Made by a program: the position numbers and the translations under genes | Notes under the pieces: model-generated | What the model was told of the DNA's origin: nothing | Database searches by the model: none | Seen by the model: the letters and a program-made list of their open reading frames with translations, nothing else | Assembly: GCF_000143415.4 (NCBI RefSeq) | Contig: NW_003314300.1 | Span: 1,223,014 to 1,287,013 of the forward strand | Direction of reading: 5' to 3' | From: Selaginella moellendorffii | Taxonomy: Eukaryota; Plantae; Lycopodiophyta | DNA length: 64,000 nucleotides | In this document: in pieces, positions 37,300-52,000 of the stretch | Numbering within the stretch: the stretch's first letter is position 1 | Layout: every line of letters begins with the position of its first letter

Positions 37300-40200
37300 A
37301 AAAGGAAAATAATACCACTTAAAAAAGTTATTGGAGTCAAGAGAACACAAGAAATTGAATTTGGCATCGATGAAAATATTACAATCGACCTTTCCATTAG
37401 CACATCAACAAAGATGCAACCACTACCACCACCACTAGCACCTCCACCTTTACTTCTCATTAAGCCACCACCAACACAAATCCTTAAAGTTGGGTAATTT
37501 AGCAGTGCTCATGATAGGGAACTTAATGCACATCCTGGAGCTAAAAGAGTTGCAAACCTTCTTGATAATATGGTGGACAAATATTTTCAAGAGATTGTTA
37601 TATAGACAAGGAAAAAAGAAATTCACTAAACACTTGAGGTGCTCAAGTGGCCAGGCCCTTGTGACTTGATCAAAGAAATCCCCTTTTGTCGTTTACAGTA
37701 GATGAACCTTATGCGTATAGCATCCAAGTATGTCAACCTGGATATAAATAACTTATTCAAAGAAAATGGCCTTGCAATGAATATCAATATATTTCTAATC
37801 TCTTTCTACAAGCTAGAAACAATAAAGATCATTATTGTCACATCTAATATTATGAATAGCTAGGATCCTATTTGGAAGAGGAAGTCCTTTGAATTTGATA
37901 TTATCAGACATCCTAAGACTTGATAATTTGTAGGGACAATATTCCAAATTATTGATGGTAACTACTAATATAGGGCTTTGATGAAGTTGTATCGATGATC
38001 ATTTTTGCAATGATCTTACTTACCATATCAATATTTCAGTCGGCTATATCTACACGAGGGGATCTCTAGATGTCAACACACTTATCTTGGCCTACCAAAA
38101 GATCAATGCATAAGTTTTATAATTTCACCTTTAAATCCACTTTAACTTGTTTTGTCCTATTTAAATGTAGGCTTAGGCAGTTTGCCATTCAAAAACAAAA
38201 CTTTATCCATGACATTGAGCAACTCTAATTTTTGGTAGACTTGAGTGTGCCAATATTATGGTGATGATCTCGCAACATTTCTTTGGCACTTACACATTCA
38301 AAATGATGGTACAACATGGTTCAACAACCCAATCAATTTTTTGCTCACTATGTGGTGTAAAATATGTCTTTCCCTTTCACTTTATAAATGCCTCTTTTTA
38401 TTGTTTTGGTTTCTAGCCTTTGGTGAAGGTCAAGCAAAATGCTTACAAATTTGTGCATCTGGAAAAGAGTCAAAAAGAGCTCTCGACTAAGCTTGTACAA
38501 ATTGAGCACAAAATTCAACATACAAAGTCTTCAAAATTGAAGAAACTAGTATGTATTGTAGATAATCACAAGCCAAAGGAGTAGCTAGAGATTATATCTG
38601 AAATTTTTTCTCATGAATATAAGTTTTTTATCACACTTCATTTTTTAAAATTATGCATATATTACTTTTGTAGTGAACAAAACTCTAGATGACATGATTT
38701 ACAATATTGTAAATCGAGACTTCCATACAAACAATAGATAGAAACTCTGGAGTTTCTCAAAGTTTACTTGATGAATATAGAAAAAGGATTGCTAGAACTA
38801 TTTGAGAACATGATGAAAAGAGTTATTTACATTATGCAAATTATAGGTGAAGGTGAGAAGTTCTTGACATTGCACATTAGTGACGATCCAGATGGCACAT
38901 TCATGTTTTTTAACACTTATGTCAACATATCATTAGAAAGGATCGAAAAGGGGTGGCTACTAGAGAAGTCTACAAGCAACACAACTTATGATTGCCAACA
39001 TTAGACCTTTATACTAGACTAGGAGGAAGTTGTTAATGCGGGCAAAAATGGCAATATAAGCGATGATGGAGAAGAGGATGAGGAAGCTTTGGCCAAAATT
39101 TACATTCCACCACTAAACAGTCAAGATTAGGCTTTAGTTCAATCATCAGACAGCCAAGATCTGGATTAAGTTCTGCCAGTAAATAACAATGATCAAGTGG
39201 TTCACAAAATATCATATCGACCTCGAAGTAAGAAAAAGTGAATTTTACAAACCAAAGGTGGTAATATATGTTTTTTGTAACAATGACTATTGATAGTAAT
39301 TTCATTCCAGCTCAATAAGATGCTTGTGACGAAGAGTTGGAGGAACTTTCATCGACAATACACCATATGATGGTAGTATATTATTTATTACTTTTTTCAT
39401 TCACTTAGCTCTTTTACAGGTCCATTTTGTTTCCTTGATAACATAACGAGGCATTGTGGGTGTCTTCATTAACTCCTATAGTAGATTGCTAACATCTTTC
39501 ACAAAAGATAACATAAACATCAACATACGGTGCCAATTCAACTGTTAGTGCTGAAAGATACAAAGGCCCTTGCTCTTAATTGCAGACTTCATTCTCTTTA
39601 ATTTTTTAGATAATCTTTCAGATATTGATGGGAAAGTTGAGGATTGGAATTTTCTCACACCCAACCATATACGTGATGCATTCTTCTTGTCCAAAGCATT
39701 TATACTCAAAGTTGGCCATGTCATCTTCATTCTACTGAACGACCCCAACTGGAAGTATGAGGTTATAATATGTGCAATAGAAGTTCATTTCATGTCATTC
39801 TTTTTCGAGTGCATCATGGATCCGAATTGGCATTAATATTAGGGGCTTCTAAGGGAAGTTTGAAAAGGTAAGTATGTATTTTATATTTTTATCTAATTTC
39901 TAAACTTTCTTATTTTCCAGGTTATGATATGGATGTATCATGCCTTCTACAAAAACACACATGATGGGTTTTGTGATAATGAGCATGTAATATGTGTTTT
40001 GCCTAGGTACGATAGTTCCACTAACATCATACCCAACCTTATGGATGAGCAAATTTACAACACATTTCCAAGGTATCGATTTTAAACTCCATTGGTGATG
40101 CAAGTCTTACTTGAACTCTATTGCCACTAGATGGTGTTGTGATTGATTGCATAGTAGATAGTAATTCTATGGTGGAGGTAACACATGACTCTAGGAGGTT

Positions 40201-40491
40201 AGTGTTTGCTATTGAAGAGTATCATTTCTTCAAATGCCAGCTCAAAGGATTTTATGAGTTGCCTCCAACCTCAAAAAGGTAAATTATGTTTATTAAGATT
40301 TCAATACATGTTTTGTTTTGTTTTATAGATCACAGTCACCTAGAGTTTCTAAAATTAAAGGCTTTGGAAGTTTCCCCGACTATGCAAAAGCCATGGCTTA
40401 ACAAATGCAAAATGAATCTTCCCCACAATACTAATATAGGAGGAAATATAAACGGAATCAATATGTTGATGATGAGGCAAAAGAAAGTTAA
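37300..40491 (+). pseudogene. Intron-containing ParB/Srx-like + beta-class N4/N6 DNA methyltransferase pseudogene
   Basis: EIPFCRL..., FQIIDGNY* (GAT GGT AAC TAC TAA, reverts to DGNHR) at 37954-37968; ADFILFNFLDNL at ~39582 (motif IV-like); TPLVMQVLLELYC-LDGVVIDCIVDSNSMVEVTHDSRRLVFAIEE at ~40085-40215 (motif I-like); ends NQYVDDEAKES*. Confidence 0.65.
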
Positions 40492-41660
40492 TTGCATATT
40501 TATATGAAATGAAAAACTTGTTATATGCCAGATGTTTGTGAAAGTGTCAAATGTCAATGACAATATTAGATGTTAGTGATAGTATCAGTGTTAGATATTA
40601 TAATTTCAAATTATTATTCTCACCTATCACCATCACTTTGTAGTGCTTATGTGTTGCCATCTCCTCCTTCAACATCTTATAAACAATTGTATGTGATATA
40701 ATAATACTGTTTAGAACAAGGTATGCTACCTAAAACTAATATCATTTCATATTTTTTCTTTTAAAAGTGACAATACTATATTATAGTAAAGTAATTTTAG
40801 ATCTTACATTCCATTATAGGGTGGCCTACAAATCTTTGTATTTTGCACTAGCCGATACAATGTTTGTCAAGAGGATATTGTTCCTCACTATGAAGCGATA
40901 ATGGATATGTGTCTGTAACTCATTCTTGAATTTATTGTACATTCACATATACACATTTTCCAGACCCACTGTTGAGCAATTGTAATAGTGCTCAAGAAAA
41001 TTTTGTAAACCCATAGAGCCATTTGTCTTATCCAAAAAAAAGTAGTATATTGAACACCAAATGTAATAGTGTTCTATGCTTTCAAGTAGTCTTACCATGT
41101 TATGAGCAAAATTTTGCAAAAATATATGGCATTCCTCTTAAAGTGCTAAAGGAAATCCCTCTCTAGTAACAAGATTTGGAATTTTATATATATGGAGCTT
41201 TAGTTTAACTTCAGTAGAGCCCCTAATAGAAAGAAGATTGTTATATGAAAGTGAAGGTGGAATATTGGTAAAACTTAGGGATGGAGGTGGAAATTGATAT
41301 GAAATGTTGGGGGGGCCAAGTACAAGTAGTAGTGGCTTTTCTTAAAGTTATTTCTATACAAATTTCCAAGGACCTCAAGAAGAACAAAAAACCTACGATG
41401 ACTATAACTTTCTCTAGATAGTTTATATACTAAGTTTTAGTCTTGGGAATGAGGTTTATTTATTTTTACATTGACAATACTCAGATTCTTGAAATGTCAA
41501 TCTCAAAAATAGAGTTTTATAATCATAGCTTGCTTGTAAATATAAGAGCTTCTAAAATTCTAGATTATTATGTATACACATGCTTTATCATTCTAATAAA
41601 ATCCTACTTCGCTACACATATATTCTTTTCTACACATAACAATTTTCTAGGGAAATAGAT

Positions 41661-44340
41661 TGTAGGAAAATATAGATGAGTAATTTTTTTTTTTGTCTGT
41701 ACTCACGTTCTTGCCCTTGCCTACAAAATAGTGATAAACAAGCAAAAACAAGAATGTAGAAGAAGAGAAGGAGAGAAAGAAGAATATTAAAAGAATAAAA
41801 GAGAACTTAGCTTCGAACCTCAAAGACATGAGTAAAGATAAGCATATGTCACTCTCTTAACTCTACTTCACATAAACAGTCATAGGCAGGAGAAAAGACA
41901 GTTAATTCAATGCAAATGCATATAATAGTGAGTGAGAGTTATTTTTCAATACGTTTAAGTGCTATTTATATACTACATGATTTTATAATAATTCCTAATT
42001 ACTTCACACTTCTTTATGACAAGTGTTGCCTAGGTTGGGTCTTTCTTCTTTGAATGCCTAAGCTTAGGCATAACTCCATTTCACCTAAGCTTTCTTTTTT
42101 TCCTTTGTCTGGGATGGTACACAAGATAAAACATTTACCTCTTTATCACTCCCCCATGACAAAGCTATTGTTTGTCCTTAGGTAGTCAGATTCTCCAAAT
42201 TTTGCTCTAGGTTGTTGAGCTTAGTCTTCATAGTGACAAGCTCGATGCTTCGGATTATTGGCTTGATGCTTTGGACTATTGGCTCACTCAACTGATTCAT
42301 GGTCTTGTGAGCAAAGGTGCAACTAACCTTGACTTTGTAGTGCTACTGCAATATTTGTTACTACTGTGGCTACCATATCTTGCTAGATTGATCAATCGAG
42401 AGTTTGTCATTGTCAGATATGTAAGTGGACTAAAAAAGACTAAACCTATGCTTCTCTATTTCACCTAGAACCTTTTTTGTAGCCTATCAATTTAGATTTG
42501 GGATTAATCCAATGTCTATTAGCCCAATTATTAATAAGTGTATTTCTACCTATAAGTATCTAAACTTTATTGTGAACCGTTATAATTCCCACAATAACTT
42601 CTTTACCTAAGATTGCATAAAATTTTAGCAATTGTCTAGTAACCAAAATGTTATAAATCCTTTACAAATTAAAATACTTAGGATTTGTGTTTAGCTTCGA
42701 TAAGCAAACTATCTCTTTATTTAGGAAGAATCTTAATACTATTTTCTTTTTTGCATAAATAACTTCACAAATATAAGTCTCACTTACACTATATACCCAT
42801 AAAGTAATCTAGGTGTATTATCACACCTTCTTTGATAATAGTAAAGGTACTAAGAGTTAGACTTCTATATACCTTGAGTAGAATATTGTTAAGTATTTTA
42901 CTCAATAATTCATTAAGTTGTTTAAGCAATTTTGTTAAATCCTAGGCACACAAGATAGTTTAATTTTTGTTTTCTTATACTTTTGCTTAGTTATACATAG
43001 TGGGGATTAGCCAACTTCTATCTGGGTTTATAAGAAAAATATATCTACTAATAGTTGTGGTGGATTATTGGTAAAATTTCTTATTTTGTCTACCCTAATT
43101 CCCCTATTCAACTTTTATCAGGATAATGAAGGGTTGTCAATCCTCAATCTCTCCACATAAGTGTATATAAGGACTTTCCCTTTTTACATATGCCTAGTGT
43201 GGTTAAGATTAATTCAATGCAAGGACTCTAGCACATGATAGTGAATTCCGGAGTAGCTTGCTTGCTTCACAATAGGTCTTACCCACAACTGTGTAATTAG
43301 AAAGAGTAGTTTATTGTTTTTGGTAAATTTTAGGCAAACCTCTTTTAAATGGATCAACACTAAGGACTAATTTGAATGGGGTATGGAGACTATTTCATGA
43401 AATTGCCTTGTGGAATCAACACAAGAGTCAAATTGTCTAGCGCATGATAGCCTATTCTACATCAATTTGCTTATGGAATGACATTATATAACTTTTCAAA
43501 CATGTGAAAGTTAATTCATGGAAAACTTTGCTTTAGATCTAGACAAAATTTCTTTTCAAGGCAAATTTCTCTCTAACCTCTTTACTAACGGGCAGTTATG
43601 GTCAATATAAATCTTTACTCAAGCTTGTATGAAAAATTTTTAAGCTTTAATTAATTCACCTAAGTGTACTAGGCATAAAGTGGTTTGAACAATTAGAGCG
43701 GTTTAAATAGTTAGAGTGGTTCTTGATAACAATTTCCAAATTTTTGACTTGTGAGTCTTGCTCAAGTCTTGTAGGCTTGCATAGAAGACTTAAACTCAAG
43801 ATAAATTTACTCTTAAACCATGTTTGAGTAGTTGTCCAAGCTAAAAAACCTTGTATCAAAGTTTTGAGACAGCACAATATTTTAATTGTGATTTTGCCTC
43901 TATCAAATCTTTGTAAGATTTGGGTGAATAATTCTTTAATTTTTTCTTCACTAAAGCTGCTTCTAGCTCTTTTTAAGTTAAAGTCAAAGACAAGAGTTAC
44001 AAGTGCCCAATTTTTCTACTTGTATATACCTAGAAAAATTATGATACACTACTGAAAAATGTGTCCTCTAAAAACCCAAGTGAGAACTTGCTCAAAAAGA
44101 AAGAATTCTAAAGTAGTTAATTGTGTTTTCCACATCAAATAAACTCCATTCCTTCTTTTTTTGGATTTTTCTCAAAAAATTGTTGGCTAAAAAATTTAAA
44201 CTTGAATTTCTTGGCAATGTATATTATATTCCAATTTCAAACTCACCCTATGCTTTATGGCTTTTGTGATAGTTAAAAAATTATCTTTTCTATGTTGTCT
44301 AGGCACTAAGCCATTACAATTGCAAGCAGACTTCCCTTAT
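41661..44340 (-). mobile_element. Decayed LTR retrotransposon 3' part (LTR 41661-42148, PPT, pol remnants)
   Basis: TG..CA ends; PPT GGGGGAG directly before the LTR on the minus strand; interrupts the homology with 46860. Confidence 0.55.
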
Positions 44341-44574
44341 TTAGTTATGAGACACAAAATCCCTAGGCCCCAAAGTGGAGCCAGAAGGGTGCCACGTGGT
44401 AGTGGCCGAAGCGAAAGCCAAACGAGTGTAACACGTTTGGGCCAAAAGCTCCGACTTGAAAGGTCGAAAGCGGGAGTGGAACTCCTAACAAAGTGCTCGA
44501 GGAATGAGCATGAAACGAGCAATAAACGAGGCTCCAAAAAGGGACCCAAAAAGACCAACACATGACACGTGAAA

Positions 44575-45066
44575 GTGTCCGAGATGGACCCGAGATGGAC
44601 CCAAGTTGGAGCCCGAATTGGAGTCCGAGAAGGACCCGAGATGGACCCGAGTTGGAGTCCGAACTGCAGTCCAAGAAGGACCCGAGATGGACCCGAGATG
44701 GAGTCCGAGATGGACCCGAGATGGAGTCCGAGATGGACCCGAGATGGAGTTTGAGATGGACCCGAGATGGAGTCCGAGATGGACCCGAGATGGAGTCCGA
44801 GATGGAGTCTGAGATGGATCCGAGATGGAGTCCAAGATGGACCCGAGATGGATCCGAGATGGAGTCCGAGATGGAGTCCGAGATGGACCCGAGATGGAGT
44901 CCGAGATGGACTCGAGATGGAGTCCGAGATGGACCTGAGATGGAGTCCGAGATGGAGTCCGAGATGGACCTGAGACCGAGACCGAGGCCGAGACCGAGAT
45001 CGAGTCCGAGTCCGAAACCGGGACCAAGACCGAGTCCGAGTCCGAGTTCGAGCCCGAGTCCGAGTC
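44575..45066. repeat. GC-rich minisatellite of 11/12-bp units within an LTR-like region (44348-46059)
   Basis: GAGATGGACCC / GAGATGGAGTCC units grading into GAGACC/GAGTCC hexamers. Confidence 0.95.
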
Positions 45067-46059
45067 CAAATACTAATACAGGCAGTTGGGTGAAAGCCCA
45101 AAGCGATCGTCCCCCGGGGGGGGGGGGGGCTGCCGGGGGGTTCCAAAAGTATAGTAGGGAGAGTGTGGGGGTTGGAGCCCCATGGAGCCCGTTTGGCCAG
45201 GAAGGGCCAGTTTGGCCTAGGAAAGGCCAGTTTGGCCCAAGAAGGCCATACCCAGTGTTGGGTGATGAACTGGCCATTGGGAAGTCCAAGACTAGAGTGA
45301 ATACGGACCGACAAGTGGGGTAGCTTGGTGAAGTGTTCAAAAGCCGGCTCTAGTTCCCCCGGGAGATCGAATGGTCGATGCTCCCAGTCCAAGTGTGGGT
45401 GGCATTACCTACTTGGATACCTGGTGTGGCTCAACGGAACCTCGCTCTAAGCCCATGGCTAGAGCACCCAAAGGCGGAAGGCGGGGAGAGTACCCATGAG
45501 GCCCACGTAAGGCCACAGTGTTTCGAAATGTTGTCCCAAAGGCCCAGACTGTGGAAAGGAAGAGGAGTAGTCCTCTAGTGTAGTGACCAAGGATATAGTC
45601 GAGTGGTGAGGAAGTCCCAAAGGACCGTGGGACTTAGTGGTCGGGCCTGTGGGCCTCGATTTAGTGGCAGTGTTAGTGAACACGGCCATGGGCAAAAAGG
45701 GACTTGGTGAAGACCGGAAAAGGGATATTGGGGAAGGTTAATCCCCATGTCTGTGGGCATCATAAGGATGCTAAGGAGTGGATCTGGAATGATCACTCAT
45801 GGACAAATGGCCTAGTTCTTGAGAGATAGGACTATAATGCAGGTGGTGTTAGACCACCGGTGTGACCAAGGTAAAGGGGCATGGCCTTAGCGTAACAAGC
45901 TGATATATCGGTGGTACCTTGGGGTGTCGGTCATGGGATCGGACACGTGGAGCACTTGGATCAAGTGCAAAGGTCAGAGTGGCGGGGACGCCATTCTCGG
46001 GGCTAGCAAGCCCAAGTTTGAAATAGGACTTATGGAAGTTGTGAGTGAGACTCCTCCAA

Positions 46060-49000
46060 GTGGGGATGGTCCAAAGTTGAGTTGAGCTCACGAGTTGAGC
46101 TCAATTCAACACAAGTCAATGTAAGTCAATGTAGTTAACTATAACTCTTATAAAGAAAATCTATGTTAAAAAAATTAAGGTTCTGACAAACTTTAAAATA
46201 TTAAAAGATATGAATACCTAGGTCAAAAGTTTCTACTAGATTGAGTTATTTAGAAAATACTAAGTTCATGAGAACCTATCTATTTTCTTACTAAAGATTA
46301 TCTTTACAACTATCATATTCTGATTTTCTTACAATTCATTAAAAATCCTAAATATGAATCAAGATAAAGTTTTTGAAGGGTAGCCATTAATAGTGTATAA
46401 TGGTAAGGCAATATATATTTACATACAATTCATTAATTCTAGAGTTCTTAAGTAAAATAAAATATCTGTAAGTAAGAGTTGTAGGGCACATCAATGTGAG
46501 AATATTAATTTCCTTTCATTATCACAATCTTCATATTACACTTCTAGTCCTTATTAGAATGTAAAGACCATTATATAGTAATTCATATAAAAAACTCTAC
46601 TTACTTGCCTATAGCACAATCCTCCTATATGAGAAAACTAAGGTATATTTTTGGGATGAATCCCCACTAGCATTTTTCGAGAGTCATTTGTGAACAATAA
46701 TAATAGAAATCAAAATATTTTAAAAGACTCAAAAGTGATATCACATCAAAGAATCAAGTTTATCTACATTTCCAAGATTGAGAGGTAATCTCATATAAGA
46801 GAATGCATGTGGGCCTGTGTGCTTGCATACTCTGCTACTATAATATAATTTATATTTCCTTGTGTATTTTTCTAGAAAGTTCAAGTGTAGAAAAAAATAT
46901 ATATAGATGGTCATTAAAATGATAAATATTCTAGCATGTGTATCTAGAATTCTAGAAGCTCTTCTATTCATAAATAGACTATGATTTTGAAATCTCATTT
47001 CTGAGATTGACATTTCAAGAATCTGAGTATTATTAGTGTCATAATAAATAAACCTTATTCCCAAGACTAAAAATTAATATATAAATGCCAAAAAAGTTAG
47101 TTATTATAGTATTTTTATTATCTTTATGCTCCAAAAAAATTTAATATAGAAATGGCTCAAAGGAAAGTCATTACTACTCGTCTATAAGTCCTTAACATCT
47201 CATATTAGTTTCTACCTTCATCCCTAAGGTTTACCAACATTCCACATTCATCTCCACCATAACCATATTACAATCTTCTTTCTATTAAAGGTTTTTATAA
47301 AGTCAAACTAAAGCTCCCTGTATACAAAATTTTGAATATTGTTACTAAAGAGTGATTACCTCCAATGCTTCAAGAGCAGTGCCACATGTTTTTGCAAGAT
47401 TTTGCTCTTGGTATGGCAAGACTACTTAAAAGCACAAAATGATATTATATTCAATGTTTAATATGCTATTTTTTTTTTGGACAAGACAAATGTCTTCATT
47501 ACAAAATTTTCTTAAATTGCCTAACAATGGGCGTAGAAATGGATGTACAATAAATTCAAGAATAAATTATAAACACATACCCACTATTTCTTCATGGTGA
47601 GGAACAACATCCCAGTGTAGAATATGGGTTTTTTAGGCTATTGACAAAGTCAATGATGGGGAGTTTCCTCAAGTTGAAGTCTATTACACCCAATCCATAG
47701 AAGATCTCACTCTTGATATAGTGGGAATTAATGAACAAATTGAGAGTTTAATTCTAAGATGTCTAATATGCCTTTTTTTTCTTGGGTCAGGACATTTTTA
47801 AGGGCTTTTATAGTTTTCTTGAGCATTGCCACAACTACTACATAATTAGTGTTATCACTTCATATAATTGTTGATAAGATATTGAAGGATGAGATGACAA
47901 CACACAAACATTACAAATTGATGGTTGCATGTGAGAATACCAATTTGCAATTATGGAATATGATATTAACATTGATAACTAACATTGACACTATTACTGA
48001 CGATTTGATATATGATAGGATTTTCTTCTCAAGTAAGGATTCATTTAACTTTCTTCTATGTCATCATCAACATGTCATTTCCTTCTATACCTCCATCTAT
48101 ATTGGGATTGTGCTCACTTTGCATTTGTTAAGCCATAGCCTTTGCATACTTTAATAGACTTCTAAAACCTCCAACTCTAAAAACTCAAGGTGATTGTGAT
48201 ATATAAAACAAAACTAAATATGTAATGAAATTTTAATAAATATAAATTACCTCCTTGAGGTTAGAGGTAACTTTAAGCCAATGTTTAAATAAATCATGTT
48301 TTTTAATAGCAAACACCAATCTACTAGAATTATATGCTACCTCCACCATATAACCATTACTTATTGTGCAATCAGTCACAATACTATCTAGTGGGTAATA
48401 GAGCTCAAGCAAAACATGCATTGTTGATGGAGTTTCAAATCAATACCTACGAATGTATTGCAAATTTACTCAACCACAAGATTCAATATGATGTTAATGG
48501 CATTATTGGGCTCACCCGAGGCTAGAAACTACCCAAGGTGGCGAGGCCGAGCTGGACCTCGGGCAGTTTGGGGATCCGGGGGCCTGAGGCTATTTGAATA
48601 ACCTCGGGCCCTCGAGGCCAGAAACTGCCCGAGGTGGCGAGCCGAACCTCGACCTCGGGCAGTTTCTGGGTCCGGGGGCCCGAGGTTATTTGAATAACCT
48701 CGGGCCCTCGAGGCCAGAAACTGCCCGAGGTGGAGAGCCGGACCTCGACCTCGGGCAGTTTCCGGGTCGAGGGGCCCGAGGTTATTTGAATAACCTCGGG
48801 CCCTCGAGGCCAGAAACTGCCCGAGGTGGAGAGCCAGACCTCGACCTCGGGCAGTTTCCGGGTCCGGGGGCCCGAGGTTATTTGAATAACCTCGGGCCCT
48901 CGAGGCCAGAAACTGCCCGAGGTGGAGAGCCGGACCTCGACCTCGGGCAGTTTCCGGGTCCGGGGGCCCGAGGTTATTTGAATAACCTCGGGCCCTCGAG

Positions 49001-52000
49001 GCCAGAAACTGCCCGAGGTGGAGAGCCGGACCTTGACCTCGGGCAGTTTCCGGGTCCGGGGGCCCGAAACTACTTGGCTTATACCCTATATTATTTTATC
49101 AATAACATAAGATACATTTATATTGTATGTAAATTTTTTTAAAATTTTTAAATGATGGTATATATAGCACCTTTCAATATGTAAGTTATTTGACAATTAA
49201 TATTAGTTTTCCCATTTATATAGAAAGGATGCATTCTAAACAAGATTTCATACATATTTTGGATTCATGACAGAACTTTAAAGAGTATAAATCTGGTATG
49301 TTGCATTATTATATTAAATATATTGTACTATTTTAATATATGAATGGATGAATCCACATCCATAAATTTGTTTTGTATTGTGTATGAACCTAAATTATAG
49401 GCATATGCTCTAAATGTCATTGAGCAGTATTTGTATATATGGCTAAAACTCAACTCATATTGAGAATCAAAACTATGTCATTGAAGAATTATCATTACTA
49501 ACATCACCTAACACTAAAGATTTGACAAACTATTGATATTTTACATGTGATCAGATATCTTGCATCTCCATGCTAAAGCAAAATGTTATTACTATCATCA
49601 CTAACAATCAAACTTCACGTGCTGAAAACCTTTTCTTGGATTTGTGTGCATGCAATAGACAATAGAACATATGATAATACTATCACACTTACACATATTA
49701 GATATGCTATGGTATTTAAATTCATTTGTACATTGTTATTATTCTTCTTATTGATCTCCTTAAATCTCAATTTATGTTTCAGTATAGATTTTTACAAGTA
49801 GCATAAGGGAGATAGAGAACTCAAAAACCTATAAAGAAGGATGAAAAGATTCTTCTACATTTTTGAGATCACCCACCGCTTTTGTTCTCTTAAAATCATG
49901 TTTTCAAACATTTTTTATGTTGCCATTTTTATCTTTATCTTGGCTCTATTTTGTTAGAGGTTGTGATCTGCAACAATACTAGTATGGTTGTTGTTTGGTG
50001 TTTTATCTTTCTAGTGTTGGCAAGGGTCGAAAGATAAAACATAAACCGAACTTTATGGAGATTTAAGTTTATGGATTTCCAATCAAAGTGTTTAAGCTAA
50101 AGTGAATGTGAAGAAAGAGTTAGTCATCATCCTCTCCTCCTCTTCCAATTCAAGTGGAAAAACTATGCTAATGTTAGCCCCAAATTCATGAATTCCATCT
50201 TTAGTAATATTCAAAGCTATTAGTAATGTTTTCCACTTTTCCCACTTCTCAATCAAAATACACTTATTTCTATATATACCCATGAATGAGCTTCCATCCT
50301 ACTACAACAACAATATCTTCTTTGATCTAAAACCTTTTATCAACAACACTAGTTCCAAATGAAAAGGGATGGAGACCAAATAAAATGTCTAAAATTGGCA
50401 TAAGATCAAGACCACATACCTTTAGCATTTTGAAGGAATACTGTTTATAGTTTACTGTTGTAGGCATTTGGATTGCATAGATGAAACATGTAATCAAAAT
50501 TGATATAGAAATTTTATATTTTTTGAAGGGTCTATAATCAATCCTCTTGTCTATGACACCATTATTATTGGATTCAAGTGTTGGTTTTGCAAGAATTTTC
50601 CTTTATATTGTGCCATTTACAAGGGCAAAATGTATTACTTCCTTCTGTGGGATAGAGTGGTTAGAAAAGATGAAGTCTCTTATTTCTTCTTTATTTTTGT
50701 TGCCTTTTAATATTATCTTTTTAATTAGAACCAACCATTTGAGGACCTCACATACACCCCAATTATGAATCTCTTAAAAAGTAAGCACTTAAGCTAGTAT
50801 TCTTTTGAGGTAAAGAAAGAGAAGATAAGTTTGTATAAAACATGTATATTAGATTTGATATATACTATAGAGCAACCTTCAAAAGCCTTAGCATTTAAGA
50901 AAGAAAGATATTAGAAACAAAGCCTTTTGTTGAGATGTTACATAATGGGATAAAGAGGAAGAGGACTTCACCAGCTCAAGAAGTGGCAATTGTAGTTAAA
51001 AAAGTGGTTCGTGACACATCTATAAAGTACAATTCCTAAGCTTCTATTAGTAATATGAAAATTGTTCATTTAAAGTGTTATTTTTTCTTTATTGATGAAG
51101 ATATTGGTATAGGTCTTGGAGTGAAAAGCCTAGTATTCAATAATAGACTTGATATTAAGTACCATTTTGCTCCAAGATATTGCACATTGTCAAAATAAAA
51201 AATGGAGAGTACACAATTGTTATTCAATACTTTCCTTGCATATAACTAAACTTTACTAAGCACAAGAAATATAAGAAGGCATATATATACTACATTTTCA
51301 TCAACACTTTACACTAAGATCCTAAAGTGGATATTCATATACATCAGGCAAGCTTTATTACTACTAAGTCGTAAGACTTTTGGAGCTAATAATATTCTCC
51401 AAGACTATCAATATTTATTCTCTATCAATAATATATACTTTTTATACTTTATATAATTAATAGTAAAACATTCATTTCATTTTGTATACTTCCAAGTTTT
51501 CTTTTTACAATACTATTTGTAATACTAGTGTGTCTTTTTTTTCTATCTTTACCATTTCAAAATATATTTCATAGTAGTTTAAGGCCATGATATTGCAATA
51601 TATTGCAAGAGTGTATATACTGTTGTACTGATTGTTGCCACTATTTCCACCAAAAGCTAGAAATAAATATGGCATTTCTTGAAAGTCACGAAATTGTAAT
51701 TTTTTAAAACAAATAGGGGGGCATTCTTTTTCACCTAAATTGTTGCATCTTTTATCATTTCATTTATCTCCAATATATGATCATTATTCTCATTATCCTC
51801 TTTTTCCATCTTTTATATGTTTTGAATGTGTTGTGCAATGGGATGAATATTGCAGCTCCTAGTCCTTGAATTACTACCATGAGGAGAAAGATTTCAAGAG
51901 TTGAAACTACCAACATTAGAACCATTTATTTTATGTTTTGACGAACTTAAATAAAATAATATATAATAAATATTTAAATTCTTGGACAAGAAGCCTCCTC

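Larger units (their letters stand above)
35440..41659 (+). mobile_element. hAT-like composite relic, copy 1: terminus, 96-bp array, ParB-like/MTase gene (transposase deleted)
   Basis: 35440-35545 is the reverse complement of 52060-52177; 40011-41659 is the reverse complement of ~46860-48507. Confidence 0.65.

Noticed and set aside
44337-45392. Long ORFs of 194-351 aa on both strands
   Set aside because: Artefacts of the stop-poor 11/12-bp minisatellite.
48594-49142. 182-aa repetitive ORF, or a CRISPR-like array
   Set aside because: The ORF results from a stop-free 96-bp (3n) repeat; there are no unique spacers or cas genes.
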